DNA from: Candidatus Kapaibacterium sp.
Lineage (GTDB): Bacteria > Bacteroidota > Ignavibacteria > Palsa-1295
Reading direction: 5' to 3'
DNA: 64,000 nt
Assembly (NCBI GenBank): GCA_046590205.1
Contig: JBKJTT010000088.1
Coordinates: forward strand, 733 to 64,732
Positions 1 through 9,670 of the stretch are shown here, piece by piece. A model generated the notes under the pieces. That model worked only from the letters and a program-made list of their open reading frames with translations, was not told the origin of the DNA and did no database searches. Positions within the stretch are counted from its first letter, which is position 1. Every line of letters begins with the position of its first letter. Both the position numbers and the translations under genes were made by a program.

Positions 1-695
1 ATCGGTGCAGAATTAACAGGGTTTGATACTCTACCATTTGCCGTGCCGCGAGGTCTATCAGAACCCGGGATACGACCGTATTTTACCGGTCTTCCACCGA
101 GGGTCTTTCCGCCATTTGGATTACCATTCCACCCGCCATGCCCATAGCCATAATTTCCGTACCCATAATTTCCGTAATACACCGGTACGTATGGAGGGTA
201 GCCCCAATCATAATATGGGTAGTATCCATAAGGATAGTAACCATAGTACGGGTTATTCCAATGGCTGTAGTACGAAGGGTAGTGTCCCCAGTAGCGATCA
301 CACCAATCATATCCGAAACCGAAGGAGATACTTGGTCTCCACCACCAACCCGATGGGCGATGCCAGTATGGACGAGAACGATAAAAATAGTCATCGTCAT
401 CGTCATAGTAATAATTATTAATGACCGTTCCGCCCGAAGAGAGTTGGGACTGCTCTGTCAAGCTTGGCTCATTGCCAGCCCACAATCCGTCACCGTTTGC
501 AGTAGTGGTTGTGCTGGTAGTTGTAGTGGTGGTTGACGTTTGCGGTGGCGCATTGTCAACTTGTGTTGTAGTTGTAGTTTCCGTGGTTTTGGTAACCGTA
601 CCGCTATAGCCCCACTTATCGTCAGAGGTCTTTAGTTGTGTGTAGCAGCCGCCAAAGAGGACTGCAAGAGCAAGAAGAGGTGTCAATCTACGCAT
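1..695 (-). CDS. Partial (3'-truncated by window edge) lipoprotein with poly-Thr linker and Tyr/Gly/Pro/Trp-rich low-complexity region; not in ORF track because it runs off the edge
   Basis: Manual translation of the reverse complement of 1..695 gives an open frame with no stops: MRRLTPLLALAVLFGGCYTQLKTSDDKWGYSGTVTKTTETTTTTQVDNAPPQTSTTTTTTSTTTTANGDGLWAGNEPSLTEQ...NNYYYDDDDDYFYRSRPYWHRPSGWWWRP...YGYYPYGYYPYYDWGYPPYVPVYYGNYGYGNYGYGHGGWNGN.... ATG is the complement of 693-695. Signal peptide plus Cys (lipobox-like LFGGC). An in-frame upstream ATG at 756-758 exists but would add a second hydrophobic segment, so 695 is preferred. Confidence 0.6.
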   Translation of the reverse strand, partial: MRRLTPLLALAVLFGGCYTQLKTSDDKWGYSGTVTKTTETTTTTQVDNAPPQTSTTTTTTSTTTTANGDGLWAGNEPSLTEQSQLSSGGTVINNYYYDDDDDYFYRSRPYWHRPSGWWWRPSISFGFGYDWCDRYWGHYPSYYSHWNNPYYGYYPYGYYPYYDWGYPPYVPVYYGNYGYGNYGYGHGGWNGNPNGGKTLGGRPVKYGRIPGSDRPRGTANGRVSNPVNSAP

Positions 696-873
696 ATTCG
701 TAACGAGGATTATTATTCTAACTATACTAACGATAAGCACATACAAAAGATACAACATTCAATATATCAGCATCGTGAATAAATGTTCATCTGTGATCTG
801 AAATTTCCAGTGAATTCTCTTGGGAACGAGTACGATTGGAAGCAAGTTGTAACGGCTCGACTTCCGAAAAACT

Positions 874-960
874 GGAGAGGTGGCAGAGTGGTCGAATGCG
901 GCGGTCTCGAAAACCGTTATACTCGCAAGAGTATCGAGAGTTCGAATCTCTCCCTCTCCG
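874..960 (+). tRNA. tRNA-Ser (anticodon CGA), class II with long variable arm
   Basis: GGAGAGG acceptor stem pairs with CCTCTCC; D-arm AGTGGTCGAA; anticodon stem GCGGT/ACCGT with loop CTCGAAA (anticodon CGA); 6-bp variable stem ATACTC/GAGTAT; T-arm GAGAG-TTCGAAT-CTCTC; discriminator G. No encoded CCA. ORF-track ORFs 759..1034, 783..965 and 787..981 are spurious overlaps. Confidence 0.93.
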
Positions 961-1419
961 CTTAGGTTTTCCACCCTCCAAATCATGTAATTTTCCTCTG
1001 TAACCCGTTTATTTATCTCAATATAAGCTTGCACTCTCGCCGCCTTTGGCAGAAGCTGAAAGTATCAAGCCGAAAGCGTAAAGGGGATGAGAAACGGATG
1101 GTGCTGTAAATTTACACATCTGATATCGGTGGTATGGAGGTATGGTTCGGGAGTGTCATTGCGAGCGACCGGAGGGAGCGAAGCAATCTAAAATCCCTCG
1201 GAAAAAGGCAAATGTCCAAACTTTCCCGTACAAAAATAACACATGAAACTCCGTTTTGCAAGATGCTCGAAAAATATTGTTCCTAACTTATTGTAAAATA
1301 TAGAGATAAAATTTGGGTGATTGGACAAATGCCCATTTGACGCCATCTGTCATAGGCACCTATCGGGTGGGACTTTATACGCCCCAACCCGCGTTCGGTA
1401 AATACGCAGAAATTCACGC

Positions 1420-2574
1420 ATGCTAATCTTAAAACGCTATCATTTCAAAGCAGCTGCATTACCTTTGGCTCTTGCCATCGTTCTTGGGATAGGAAGTCTC
1501 TACTCCTGCTCCGAGAATCTACCGACTGATAATGGGAAAGATTCATGTGATACGTGCCATACCCCTTGTGATACATGTAAACCATGTGATACGTGTGATA
1601 CAACAATTAACCCGTGTGATACCTGTGGGATTGATAAGGATTCGGCAGCACACGCTTTTATCTGGACAGAGTATTCAATACCGGGAGAAAGTAATTTAAC
1701 AGGATGTTGGGTATTCGGCAGAGATAGTATGTTGATCTTAGGGCAATATATCTATTGGTTCAATGGAGCAACATTTACAAAACTTGATCCCCGAGTACCA
1801 CCGTCAAGACCGATTTCAGGCGGACTTGCAGACTTTACTTTATTTGCTCACTCTCCAACTGATTATTGGATGGTTCACGGCAGTATTGCATTTCATGTTT
1901 ATGCTGATGTATATGCAGAAGAATATAGACCGGGGAGTGTCAATGCTTGTTGGGGAAAATCAAGTAATGATATGTACTTTGTCGGCAATGGTGGGCAGAT
2001 ACATCATTTCGACGGGACAACATTCACAAAGATGTCAAGCCCAACAACGAAAGATTTGCGTTCTGTTTGGGGGACAAGTCATAGTGATGTATGGGCTTGT
2101 GGATTTAATTCCAATACAGCAGAATCGGTACTGTTGCATTATGATGGCTCATCATGGATAGAGGTTGAACTAAATACTGTAGGTTGGATTGGTGTTGGTA
2201 AACATGCTTTGCAATCGGTTTTTGCAACAGATAGTGCAGGGCATAAAATAGCGATAGCATCCGGTTCACTCGTATGGAGAAGAACAGACAATAATTCATG
2301 GCGGAGTGATAGTGGTTCAGTTCCAAACGCTCTTGGAGGTAATTCGTATATTGGTATTGGTGTACGTGGAAATAATGCGAATGACTTTATGGCAGTCGGA
2401 GGTTGGGGGTTTGCAGCACACTGGAATGGTAAGTCATGGAAAAAGTATGATGAGTTGTTTAACTACAGTCTGTCCAATTATGGAGCATCGGGTTTTCACA
2501 TGAAAGGCAACACAGCTTGCATAGTTGGAGGTAAAAGTGGTTCAAGTTGGATAGCTATTGGGAGACGGAAGTAA
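1420..2574 (+). CDS. Hypothetical lipoprotein: N-terminal Cys-rich CDTC tandem repeat followed by beta-propeller-like repeats
   Basis: ATG start; signal peptide ending LYSC (lipobox); CDTCHTPCDTCKPCDTCDTTINPCDTCG repeat; remainder has repeated W/G-rich blades (YFVGNGGQIHHFDGTTFTKM, WFNGATFTKLD, WNGKSWKKYD). Confidence 0.75.
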   Translation: MLILKRYHFKAAALPLALAIVLGIGSLYSCSENLPTDNGKDSCDTCHTPCDTCKPCDTCDTTINPCDTCGIDKDSAAHAFIWTEYSIPGESNLTGCWVFGRDSMLILGQYIYWFNGATFTKLDPRVPPSRPISGGLADFTLFAHSPTDYWMVHGSIAFHVYADVYAEEYRPGSVNACWGKSSNDMYFVGNGGQIHHFDGTTFTKMSSPTTKDLRSVWGTSHSDVWACGFNSNTAESVLLHYDGSSWIEVELNTVGWIGVGKHALQSVFATDSAGHKIAIASGSLVWRRTDNNSWRSDSGSVPNALGGNSYIGIGVRGNNANDFMAVGGWGFAAHWNGKSWKKYDELFNYSLSNYGASGFHMKGNTACIVGGKSGSSWIAIGRRK

Positions 2575-2580
2575 ATTCCA

Positions 2581-5500
2581 TCACCTGTCATTAATGATAA
2601 CGAACTTGGCTTGGTTGGATTCTACGTCCACGCCGTTATCGTTTTTTCCGGAAACGCTATAGAGATAGATACCGCTCGGTAAGAGCTTGCCATTATCATC
2701 GCGCATATCCCACTCGGCTCCGCCTTTACGGTCTGTGGTCTTGATGCGACGGATAAATCGTTGGTTCATCGTATAGATACTGATCTCGGCATCGGCAGTC
2801 AGCCTTGCAAATGTCATCTTCTCATCCTTCGTATGTGCGGGATTCGGATAGACCATCACGTTTGCAAGATTCGGTTCGGTAATGGTTGCACCGACGCAAT
2901 CACCCTCTGAAGAAAGCGGAATATTCGTAACGCTCGTAATATCACGGATGCAGAGCATGAACTCCGTGCCGAGCGCAACGAACTCGAACCCTTCGGCTAC
3001 ATCAAGATAGAGCGAGTTCGCATCAGCCGCGTCGCGCTCAATGTGGATGATAGTACCGTAGGGCGACATCGTGTAGCGTGAAACATCGAGTCCGTTATCC
3101 GACGGCGACATGTTAAAGGTAACATGTAATTTTCGCGGCTCGGCAAAGCGCCACCGCACGATATAGAACTTCTCCTCGGACTTTTTCAACTCATAGGTGA
3201 ACGTGATAGGTGCGCTATCAAGCGGTGAATTCCATTTGTCGCGAACGCGTTCGTTCATGATGGTGAGCGTATAGCTTCCGCTTGCAGGAAGTGCATCTGC
3301 GAGCGTAATAATAACAACGCTATCGGATGCAATTGCTACTGTCGTCGCTTCGGCTCCTGTAATAGCGATACATCCGCCATCAAGCGCAGAGCGGAGTAAC
3401 GGTTGTGTAGAAGTAGCGCGGATGGTCCTGCCGTCAGATGTAATAGAAGATATTCGCGGCTTCGGATGCACGAATGCGCCTACACCAAGTGCGGGCTTAC
3501 TTTCAGGGATGTCTTTTGAAGCATCGAATGCGAACACAGAATAAATGTAGCTTGCACCGTTCTCTGCCGAAGTATCGTGATATGACGAGAGCGCAGTTGA
3601 ATCAATGATCTCGTACTGCGCTCCTTGCTCATCGGGTGCGCGGAGGATAAAATACTTTGTAGCACCTGTAACCGCAGCCCAACGAAGCTCGACTTCATTG
3701 GTATCACGCGGCAAAACTTCAAGCCCGCCCGGAGACGCGGTTTGATTCGCGAACTCATCATCACGCTCGAAGAAATACGTAGCATCACCTGCTGTGACGG
3801 CAAATTCTTTTTTGCCGTTGCCGTCAAAGTCATGCGAAAGTCCCGTCCGAGATGTAACAGAAAGAGGGAAGTGCCACACGGGGTGAAGAGTATTGCTTGG
3901 TGTAACTTCAAAAAGATAAAAGTCAGGGAAGAGCGACACACCTATCTGTGCTTTGCCATTACCAACTAGATCACCAACAGAACCGATGCTTGAGCGCGTT
4001 GGTGACGGAGGGCGAGCATACGCAAACTTCTCACTTCGTACTTTCGTAAATGTGCCGTCCCCATTGCCGAGCGAGACCGAAAGAGTCCAGAACGGGAATT
4101 CGTATTCGTTGTCTCGGTTCTCGATAAATGACGAACGAAAGGCATACGCAAGGTCTTGTTTGCCGTCGCCATTGAAGTCGCCTGTCGTTATCATGCTTCC
4201 GTCAGTTGCCGCTTCGTTCTCTTCGGTGTGGAACGCAGTGAATTTATTAGCACTCGATTCGTCGTAACGATAGACCAAAAGGTCAGCATCATCATCTATG
4301 ATAACTATGTCGTCTTTACCATCGCCGTTAAAGTCAGCAAAGCGTACGTCAGCTTTGCTATAGTTGTTAACGTTGTATTGCGGTGCAGGGAATGTATTGT
4401 TCGGCAATGTACCGATGAGCTCTGTTGTGCTGCTAACTCTACGGCGTACACGAATGACTTCGCTCAATGAGTTGCCCGATTGCACTTTCTCTTTTGTCAC
4501 TATCTCATCTTTGCCGTCACCATCAACATCACCAAGCCCCATGGCAAAGAAGCTGCCGAGTTCGGTTGTATCGTGTAAGACTATATCGCCGAGAAGTGGA
4601 TCGATAGCATTTGCTTTGTAGAGTAAATAGTTATTTCCTCCCTGCAAGAGCAGCTCGGGCTTGCCATCAGTCGTGGTGTTGCCAATGCTTCGCGGAACCC
4701 ATGATCTATTTACAGAGTCAGTTTTTGTAAAAAGCTTTTTCGTTTTATCAAAAGCAAACGTACCAATTGGACCAAAGTCGCTCGATGGCGGGAAAATACT
4801 CATGGTAACGAGTTCACCTTGCGGTGAGGTAAGAACAGAATCAAGTGCAAAGCCAAGGGGAAGTGTATATGACTTCTCGTTAAATCCTATCTGCGAGACA
4901 GCTTGATTTGGGAGTGTTCCAATTGTTGTATATACTACGCTGTCTCCCATTGCATCGCGCAATACGATACGTATATCAAGCGGTGTGAGTACCGGAGCAT
5001 CCTTCGTCTCAAGCAATGTGTAATGCTCTTTTGTATATCTATCGTCCTTGCGAGATTTCCACGTTGATGATGTTTGTGGTTTGTAATAAAACGTTGCTGT
5101 CGTTAAGGTATCTGCCTTCGCGCGGAGCATGAGTGCTTGTTTCTCATTCACATACACAGTATCAATGAGAGCAAATTTGAGCGTTGGTACTTTCGATCGT
5201 AAATCAATATTTATACGTTCTTGAACTGAGCGGCCTTCAGTGGTCTTTACTTCAAGTCGTAATGTGTATGTACCGTTAGTCAATCCGTCGGTAATCCATC
5301 TACCAAGTTCTTGATCTATCTTTTGCTCGCTGGATGTGGTAATAGTCTGCCATGAAGCATCATCAGAAGGATTCAATCCCTTTGCGAATGCTAAAGAATA
5401 CTCTGTCGAAAGTGAATGAGCCGCTGCTCCTGTTATGACGATGGTATCACCAGGATGAAAACCATCATTTGTCTTTGGAGATGAAAGTTTAATTGCGGCA

Positions 5501-6942
5501 GTACCAGAATACGAAAGAGCGGCATAGGCATTCACTCTACCATTTGCGGCAAGATTATCATATCCAGGCAGTGAAATGTCTTGTGTCGTAGAGACAAGAA
5601 TGGAGCGGATGGTTCGCGCTGTTAACGACCTGTCTTTTGATAGGAGTAACGCGGCAACAGCAGCCGCAGCAGGCGAGCTAAAGCTTGTACCAGAGATAAC
5701 TTGATAGTCACCGTCAAGATCAGTTGTATAAATACTTCCGCCGGGTGCGAGAACATCCATACCTTGCCCATGTGTATTGAAGCTATAGATGAAGTCACCC
5801 TTGCCATCTTCGTTTACAGTTGTTGCGCCGACGGAGACGCACTCATCAAAGTCAGAAGGGTAGTGATGGCTATTTCCCCCGCGATTTCCGCTTGATGCAA
5901 ATACGAGCGTACCTTTGCTCGTTGCATAACGTATGGCATCGCGTTGCAATAGGGAAGGGATAATATCACCGAAAGAAAGATTAAGTATCTTTACGTTGTT
6001 ATCGGCAGCATAGATTATAGCCGAAGCAACATCATCGTCCTCCGCATTTCCGCTTGCATCGAATGCGCGCAGTGCGACCATTCTGCATCCGGGGGCAATT
6101 CCGGCAACACCTATTGAATTATTTTCTTTCGCACCAATGACACCCGCAACAGCAGTACCATGTTTGTTCTCGTCGGTTGGCATTGCGTCGCGAATTGATG
6201 CGTCGCCGAAGTTTAATGTTTCCTGATCGACAAAATCATAGCCGATAACATCATCTATATATCCGTTGCCATCGTTATCAATTCCGTCAAGATCGCCTTT
6301 GACGAGTTTCCCTCGTGCATCTCTCTTCTCTTCGGTGTTCTGCCAAGCATCGAAGAGTTCGTTACCGTTAATATCTTCTTTAGTATTGACTGCAAACTGA
6401 CCGACGAGGTCAGGATGATCCCACTCAACTCCCGTATCAATAAAACCTATCTTTACTGATGAATCACCCTTCGTTATTTCCCATGCCTTTTGTACTCCAA
6501 TATTCGGATGTGCCCATTGCTCGCTAAAAAGAGAGTCGTTCGGCGTTTCGGCAGCGTCAATATGATAGATGTAGTTGGGGTGCGCGTATTCAACTTCTGC
6601 GAATGTGGCAAAGAGTCTTGATACACTGTCAACCGACATCCCTTTTTTCAGTGGCAATAAGATGACACGCTCTAATCCGTATGTATTCGTAACTGATTGA
6701 GGGGTTTGCCCTGACGATTGTTTAATGAATGTTCGCTGCGCTGATATAGGGCTACGGGCTACTTTAGAAGCAAGGTCAGTAATTTGTTTTGAGGGACTAA
6801 CGAGTGCATCGGACGACCGAAACTTGATGATGATGCTCTGTGCTTGAAGACCGTTTGTCATCAGCAGCAAAGAACAGACAAAAAGAAATAATCCGATATG
6901 TTTTATATACTCTAAGTTTGGAAACATAGTTGGATTAGACAA
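2581..6942 (-). CDS. S8 family subtilisin-like serine peptidase (1453 aa) with FG-GAP/VCBS-like repeats, FN3-like domain and T9SS type-A C-terminal sorting domain
   Basis: Catalytic triad motifs IGFIDTGVEWDHPDL (Asp), HGTAVAGVIGA (His), GTSFSSPAAAAVAALLLS (Ser); repeated DFNGDGKxD/DFDGNGKKE FG-GAP-like motifs; C-terminal ~90 aa VMVYPNPAHT...GIYLYSV...KFVIINDR matches the T9SS CTD pattern. Signal peptide; alternative start at M6 (6927). Confidence 0.9.
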   Translation of the reverse strand: MSNPTMFPNLEYIKHIGLFLFVCSLLLMTNGLQAQSIIIKFRSSDALVSPSKQITDLASKVARSPISAQRTFIKQSSGQTPQSVTNTYGLERVILLPLKKGMSVDSVSRLFATFAEVEYAHPNYIYHIDAAETPNDSLFSEQWAHPNIGVQKAWEITKGDSSVKIGFIDTGVEWDHPDLVGQFAVNTKEDINGNELFDAWQNTEEKRDARGKLVKGDLDGIDNDGNGYIDDVIGYDFVDQETLNFGDASIRDAMPTDENKHGTAVAGVIGAKENNSIGVAGIAPGCRMVALRAFDASGNAEDDDVASAIIYAADNNVKILNLSFGDIIPSLLQRDAIRYATSKGTLVFASSGNRGGNSHHYPSDFDECVSVGATTVNEDGKGDFIYSFNTHGQGMDVLAPGGSIYTTDLDGDYQVISGTSFSSPAAAAVAALLLSKDRSLTARTIRSILVSTTQDISLPGYDNLAANGRVNAYAALSYSGTAAIKLSSPKTNDGFHPGDTIVITGAAAHSLSTEYSLAFAKGLNPSDDASWQTITTSSEQKIDQELGRWITDGLTNGTYTLRLEVKTTEGRSVQERINIDLRSKVPTLKFALIDTVYVNEKQALMLRAKADTLTTATFYYKPQTSSTWKSRKDDRYTKEHYTLLETKDAPVLTPLDIRIVLRDAMGDSVVYTTIGTLPNQAVSQIGFNEKSYTLPLGFALDSVLTSPQGELVTMSIFPPSSDFGPIGTFAFDKTKKLFTKTDSVNRSWVPRSIGNTTTDGKPELLLQGGNNYLLYKANAIDPLLGDIVLHDTTELGSFFAMGLGDVDGDGKDEIVTKEKVQSGNSLSEVIRVRRRVSSTTELIGTLPNNTFPAPQYNVNNYSKADVRFADFNGDGKDDIVIIDDDADLLVYRYDESSANKFTAFHTEENEAATDGSMITTGDFNGDGKQDLAYAFRSSFIENRDNEYEFPFWTLSVSLGNGDGTFTKVRSEKFAYARPPSPTRSSIGSVGDLVGNGKAQIGVSLFPDFYLFEVTPSNTLHPVWHFPLSVTSRTGLSHDFDGNGKKEFAVTAGDATYFFERDDEFANQTASPGGLEVLPRDTNEVELRWAAVTGATKYFILRAPDEQGAQYEIIDSTALSSYHDTSAENGASYIYSVFAFDASKDIPESKPALGVGAFVHPKPRISSITSDGRTIRATSTQPLLRSALDGGCIAITGAEATTVAIASDSVVIITLADALPASGSYTLTIMNERVRDKWNSPLDSAPITFTYELKKSEEKFYIVRWRFAEPRKLHVTFNMSPSDNGLDVSRYTMSPYGTIIHIERDAADANSLYLDVAEGFEFVALGTEFMLCIRDITSVTNIPLSSEGDCVGATITEPNLANVMVYPNPAHTKDEKMTFARLTADAEISIYTMNQRFIRRIKTTDRKGGAEWDMRDDNGKLLPSGIYLYSVSGKNDNGVDVESNQAKFVIINDR

Positions 6943-7004
6943 CGAGCCGTAACTAATTCGCGTTCAGGAGTATCAGGTCTTTCATGAGGCAAATCGGAAT
7001 GCTG

Positions 7005-7835
7005 TTACTTAAAGAAAACGTAATTTCTGCAGAGTACTCCCGAACGCATGACGTAGGTTTTACCGGATACAGTAATAACTTTTTTGCGCATAGCAGTAAT
7101 TATGATAAGCAATACCCCTTTTTTTGGGAAGCCCGGCGAATAGAGATTCGGCTCGAACGTAAGTGGTTGGACATAGACACTGCCTGTTGCTTTTACCTTG
7201 ATAGGATATGCATATATCATTACAGAATCTTTTATAGTTGGGTCATATTCCTGACTTTTTTCTGGGTCATAATAAATATAGACTGTTACCTCATCAGTGC
7301 CAGGATTATCATGTTTTATAGTGAAACCACTTCTTGAAACAGTATCCCTCAAGTATGCTGGGTATGACATCTCGATAGGATTAGGAGAAAGAATGGAATC
7401 GCTAATACTAGGAATCCTCGGTTCAGCTTCTGCATACCACCTGTGATAATCACCGAACTCTACTGGGTCGATTGATATGTAGAGACTTGTATCTCCGTAC
7501 AACTGATTACCATTAAGCTGTAGATTTTCTGCAAGTGCTCCTGTATTTCCTTCACAAAATTTTGCAGTAACAAATTGCTGTAGGGATGAACCACCGAAAC
7601 CCATAGAACGCCACTCTGCTGATTCCATGTAGCCGTGAACATTTCGGAGCGTCGGATCTACATCATTTGTCCAGAGCGAGTATGATGCATCAAGGCAGCC
7701 ATTGTAATTGGTAAGCGGTGAAGTGCTTTCGGAACATCCGACTACTACTGAAAGGGCAAGGAATAAAATAAATGATACGAAGGGTTTATGCCTCTTCGAG
7801 TGCTTCCTCAAGGAGTTGTTTACGGTAAAGGTCAT
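7005..7835 (-). CDS. Hypothetical lipoprotein
   Basis: Signal peptide KRHKPFVSFILFLALSVVVGCSES with lipobox Cys; no recognisable domain. The 5' end overlaps the upstream ABC gene by 50 nt, so the start may be an internal TTG (~7811). Confidence 0.65.
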   Translation of the reverse strand: MTFTVNNSLRKHSKRHKPFVSFILFLALSVVVGCSESTSPLTNYNGCLDASYSLWTNDVDPTLRNVHGYMESAEWRSMGFGGSSLQQFVTAKFCEGNTGALAENLQLNGNQLYGDTSLYISIDPVEFGDYHRWYAEAEPRIPSISDSILSPNPIEMSYPAYLRDTVSRSGFTIKHDNPGTDEVTVYIYYDPEKSQEYDPTIKDSVMIYAYPIKVKATGSVYVQPLTFEPNLYSPGFPKKGVLLIIITAMRKKVITVSGKTYVMRSGVLCRNYVFFK

Positions 7836-9534
7836 GGTACCATCCTCTCATAGATAAAAGCATTTCATGCGTTCCTCGTTCCTTGATCTTTCCCTCATCA
7901 ATAACCACTATCTCATCGGCATCTTTTACCGTTGATATACGGTGGCTGATAAGGATGCTTGTTCTGCCTTTCATTACTTCGCGAAGGTTCGAGAGGATTC
8001 GTTCTTCGGTATGAGTATCCACAGCGGACATTGCATCGTCTAAGATGAGTATTTTTGGGTTTCGAGCAAGTGCGCGGGCAAGTGATGTGCGCTGCTTCTG
8101 TCCGCCCGAAAGTGTAATGCCGCGCTCGCCAACGATAGTCTCATAGCCAAGCGGGAATTCAGATATATCAGTATGTATTTCAGCCATACGTGCTGCTTGG
8201 GTGATCTGGGCTTCAGTTGCATCGCGCATGCCAAATGCAATGTTGTCTCTTATTGATTCGGAGAACAGGAATGCTTCCTGGGTTACATAGCCTATGTTCT
8301 CTCGGAGTACTTCGAGCGGAATGGTCTTGATGTCATGCCCATCAATATAGATATTTCCTCCGGTAATATCGTAGAGCCGAGGCAGTAGTGTAATAAGTGA
8401 TGACTTTCCCGAACCAGTTTTACCAACAATTGCAAGTGTCTTTCCTTGTGGGATGTGGAGGTCAACATGGTTGAGCACAAAGGGAAGTTCTTCGCGGTAC
8501 TTGAAGGAGACATTTCGGAAATCTATCTTCCCGCTGATCTCGGTAATATCTTTGTTGATCTGAATGCCGTCATAGACGTCTGGCTTTGTATCGAAGATGA
8601 CATTGAGCCGTGTCATCGAAGCCGCGCTGCGCTGAACCATATTTGTTACCCACCCAAGCGCAATGAAGGGCCAGCCAAGCATTCCGAGATAGATAACGAA
8701 CTGTGTCATTTCGCCGAGCGAGAGTTTACCCTCTATCATAAGCGGGCCACCAAGTAGAAGTAATATGATAACGGACATTCCCATGAAGCCAAAGATAACA
8801 GGCATCATAAATCCCTGTACTTTTACAAGACGCATGTTCTTCTTGTAGTAATCTTCGCTTAGTTTGTCAAAGATGGATTGTTCGTACTCCTCACGGACGT
8901 ATGCTTTAACTACCTTTGTACCCGATATAGATTCCGTCGCACGCGAGGTCATATCGGCATAATGACCTTGCACAGCATCGGTAAGCGGCGCGACACGCCG
9001 ACCGATAAGATAGACACAAAGTGACATTAGCGGCAACGGCGCAAGCACGGCAAGTGTAATACCGGGCGAGATCAGCATCATGAATGTCAGCGAGAGCACA
9101 AATGTTAGGAGTGTATCTGCCGAATACATGACCGCAGGTCCGAGAAAATTGCGTACGGCATTAATATCATTTGTCGCATATGCCATCACCTCACCGGGCG
9201 GAGTGTTCTGAAAAAACCGCATCGAAAGTGTTTGGATGTGGGCAAGAAAATCGTTGCGGAGATCGTATTCAATGTCGCGGCTTGCTACAATAATGAACTG
9301 ACGCACGAGATAGAACAAGTACCCGCCCGCAGCAGAAAGACCAACAATTAATAGTCCATCAGCAAGCAATGAACTTGCCGTAGCAGTACCTTTTTCAACA
9401 TCATTTACTGCATTGCCGATAATACGAGGGGCGAACGCGGCAAACGTACAGGAAATCACGACAAAGAGAAGTCCCCAGAGGTATCTGCCTTTGTGTTTTC
9501 GGAAATATGGGATGAGACGGTAAAGTGATTTCAT
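7786..9534 (-). CDS. ABC transporter permease/ATP-binding protein (type I exporter, MsbA/ABCB-like)
   Basis: N-terminal 6-TM domain; Walker A GKTGSGKSS, ABC signature LSGGQKQRTSLARAL, Walker B ILILDDAMSAVD. Confidence 0.9.
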   Translation of the reverse strand: MKSLYRLIPYFRKHKGRYLWGLLFVVISCTFAAFAPRIIGNAVNDVEKGTATASSLLADGLLIVGLSAAGGYLFYLVRQFIIVASRDIEYDLRNDFLAHIQTLSMRFFQNTPPGEVMAYATNDINAVRNFLGPAVMYSADTLLTFVLSLTFMMLISPGITLAVLAPLPLMSLCVYLIGRRVAPLTDAVQGHYADMTSRATESISGTKVVKAYVREEYEQSIFDKLSEDYYKKNMRLVKVQGFMMPVIFGFMGMSVIILLLLGGPLMIEGKLSLGEMTQFVIYLGMLGWPFIALGWVTNMVQRSAASMTRLNVIFDTKPDVYDGIQINKDITEISGKIDFRNVSFKYREELPFVLNHVDLHIPQGKTLAIVGKTGSGKSSLITLLPRLYDITGGNIYIDGHDIKTIPLEVLRENIGYVTQEAFLFSESIRDNIAFGMRDATEAQITQAARMAEIHTDISEFPLGYETIVGERGITLSGGQKQRTSLARALARNPKILILDDAMSAVDTHTEERILSNLREVMKGRTSILISHRISTVKDADEIVVIDEGKIKERGTHEMLLSMRGWYHDLYRKQLLEEALEEA

Positions 9535-9670
9535 TGAATGCAGTTACTACGGCTCCCACTAACAACAGTTACGAAAGAAATATATGAGTAAGTCATAAGA
9601 TTTTCCTGAATCTTAACTCCTTGTATAGCGGTTTGTAATAGCTGTTGAAATTAATTGGAAACAAGCCAGG

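Noticed and set aside
759-1034. ORF-track ORFs 759..1034(-), 783..965(+) and 787..981(-) as protein genes
   Set aside because: They are entirely overlapped by a well-formed tRNA-Ser(CGA) at 874..960 and have no protein-like features.
1146-1185. GGGAGTGTCATTGCGAGCGACCGGAGGGAGCGAAGCAATC as a structured hairpin element
   Set aside because: Only a 5-bp ATTGC/GCAAT pairing is possible, with a large asymmetric loop. I found no second copy in the window. It is kept only as part of the non-coding-region finding.
3480-4906. Multiple 60-150-aa ORFs inside and antisense to the S8 subtilase gene (e.g. 3480..3941, 3625..3969, 4156..4470)
   Set aside because: They are shadow ORFs of the long GC-balanced subtilase frame, with no independent evidence. 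The same applies to the internal or antisense ORFs within other long genes (ABC transporters, TonB-dependent receptor, BNR protein, ThyX-like, etc.).
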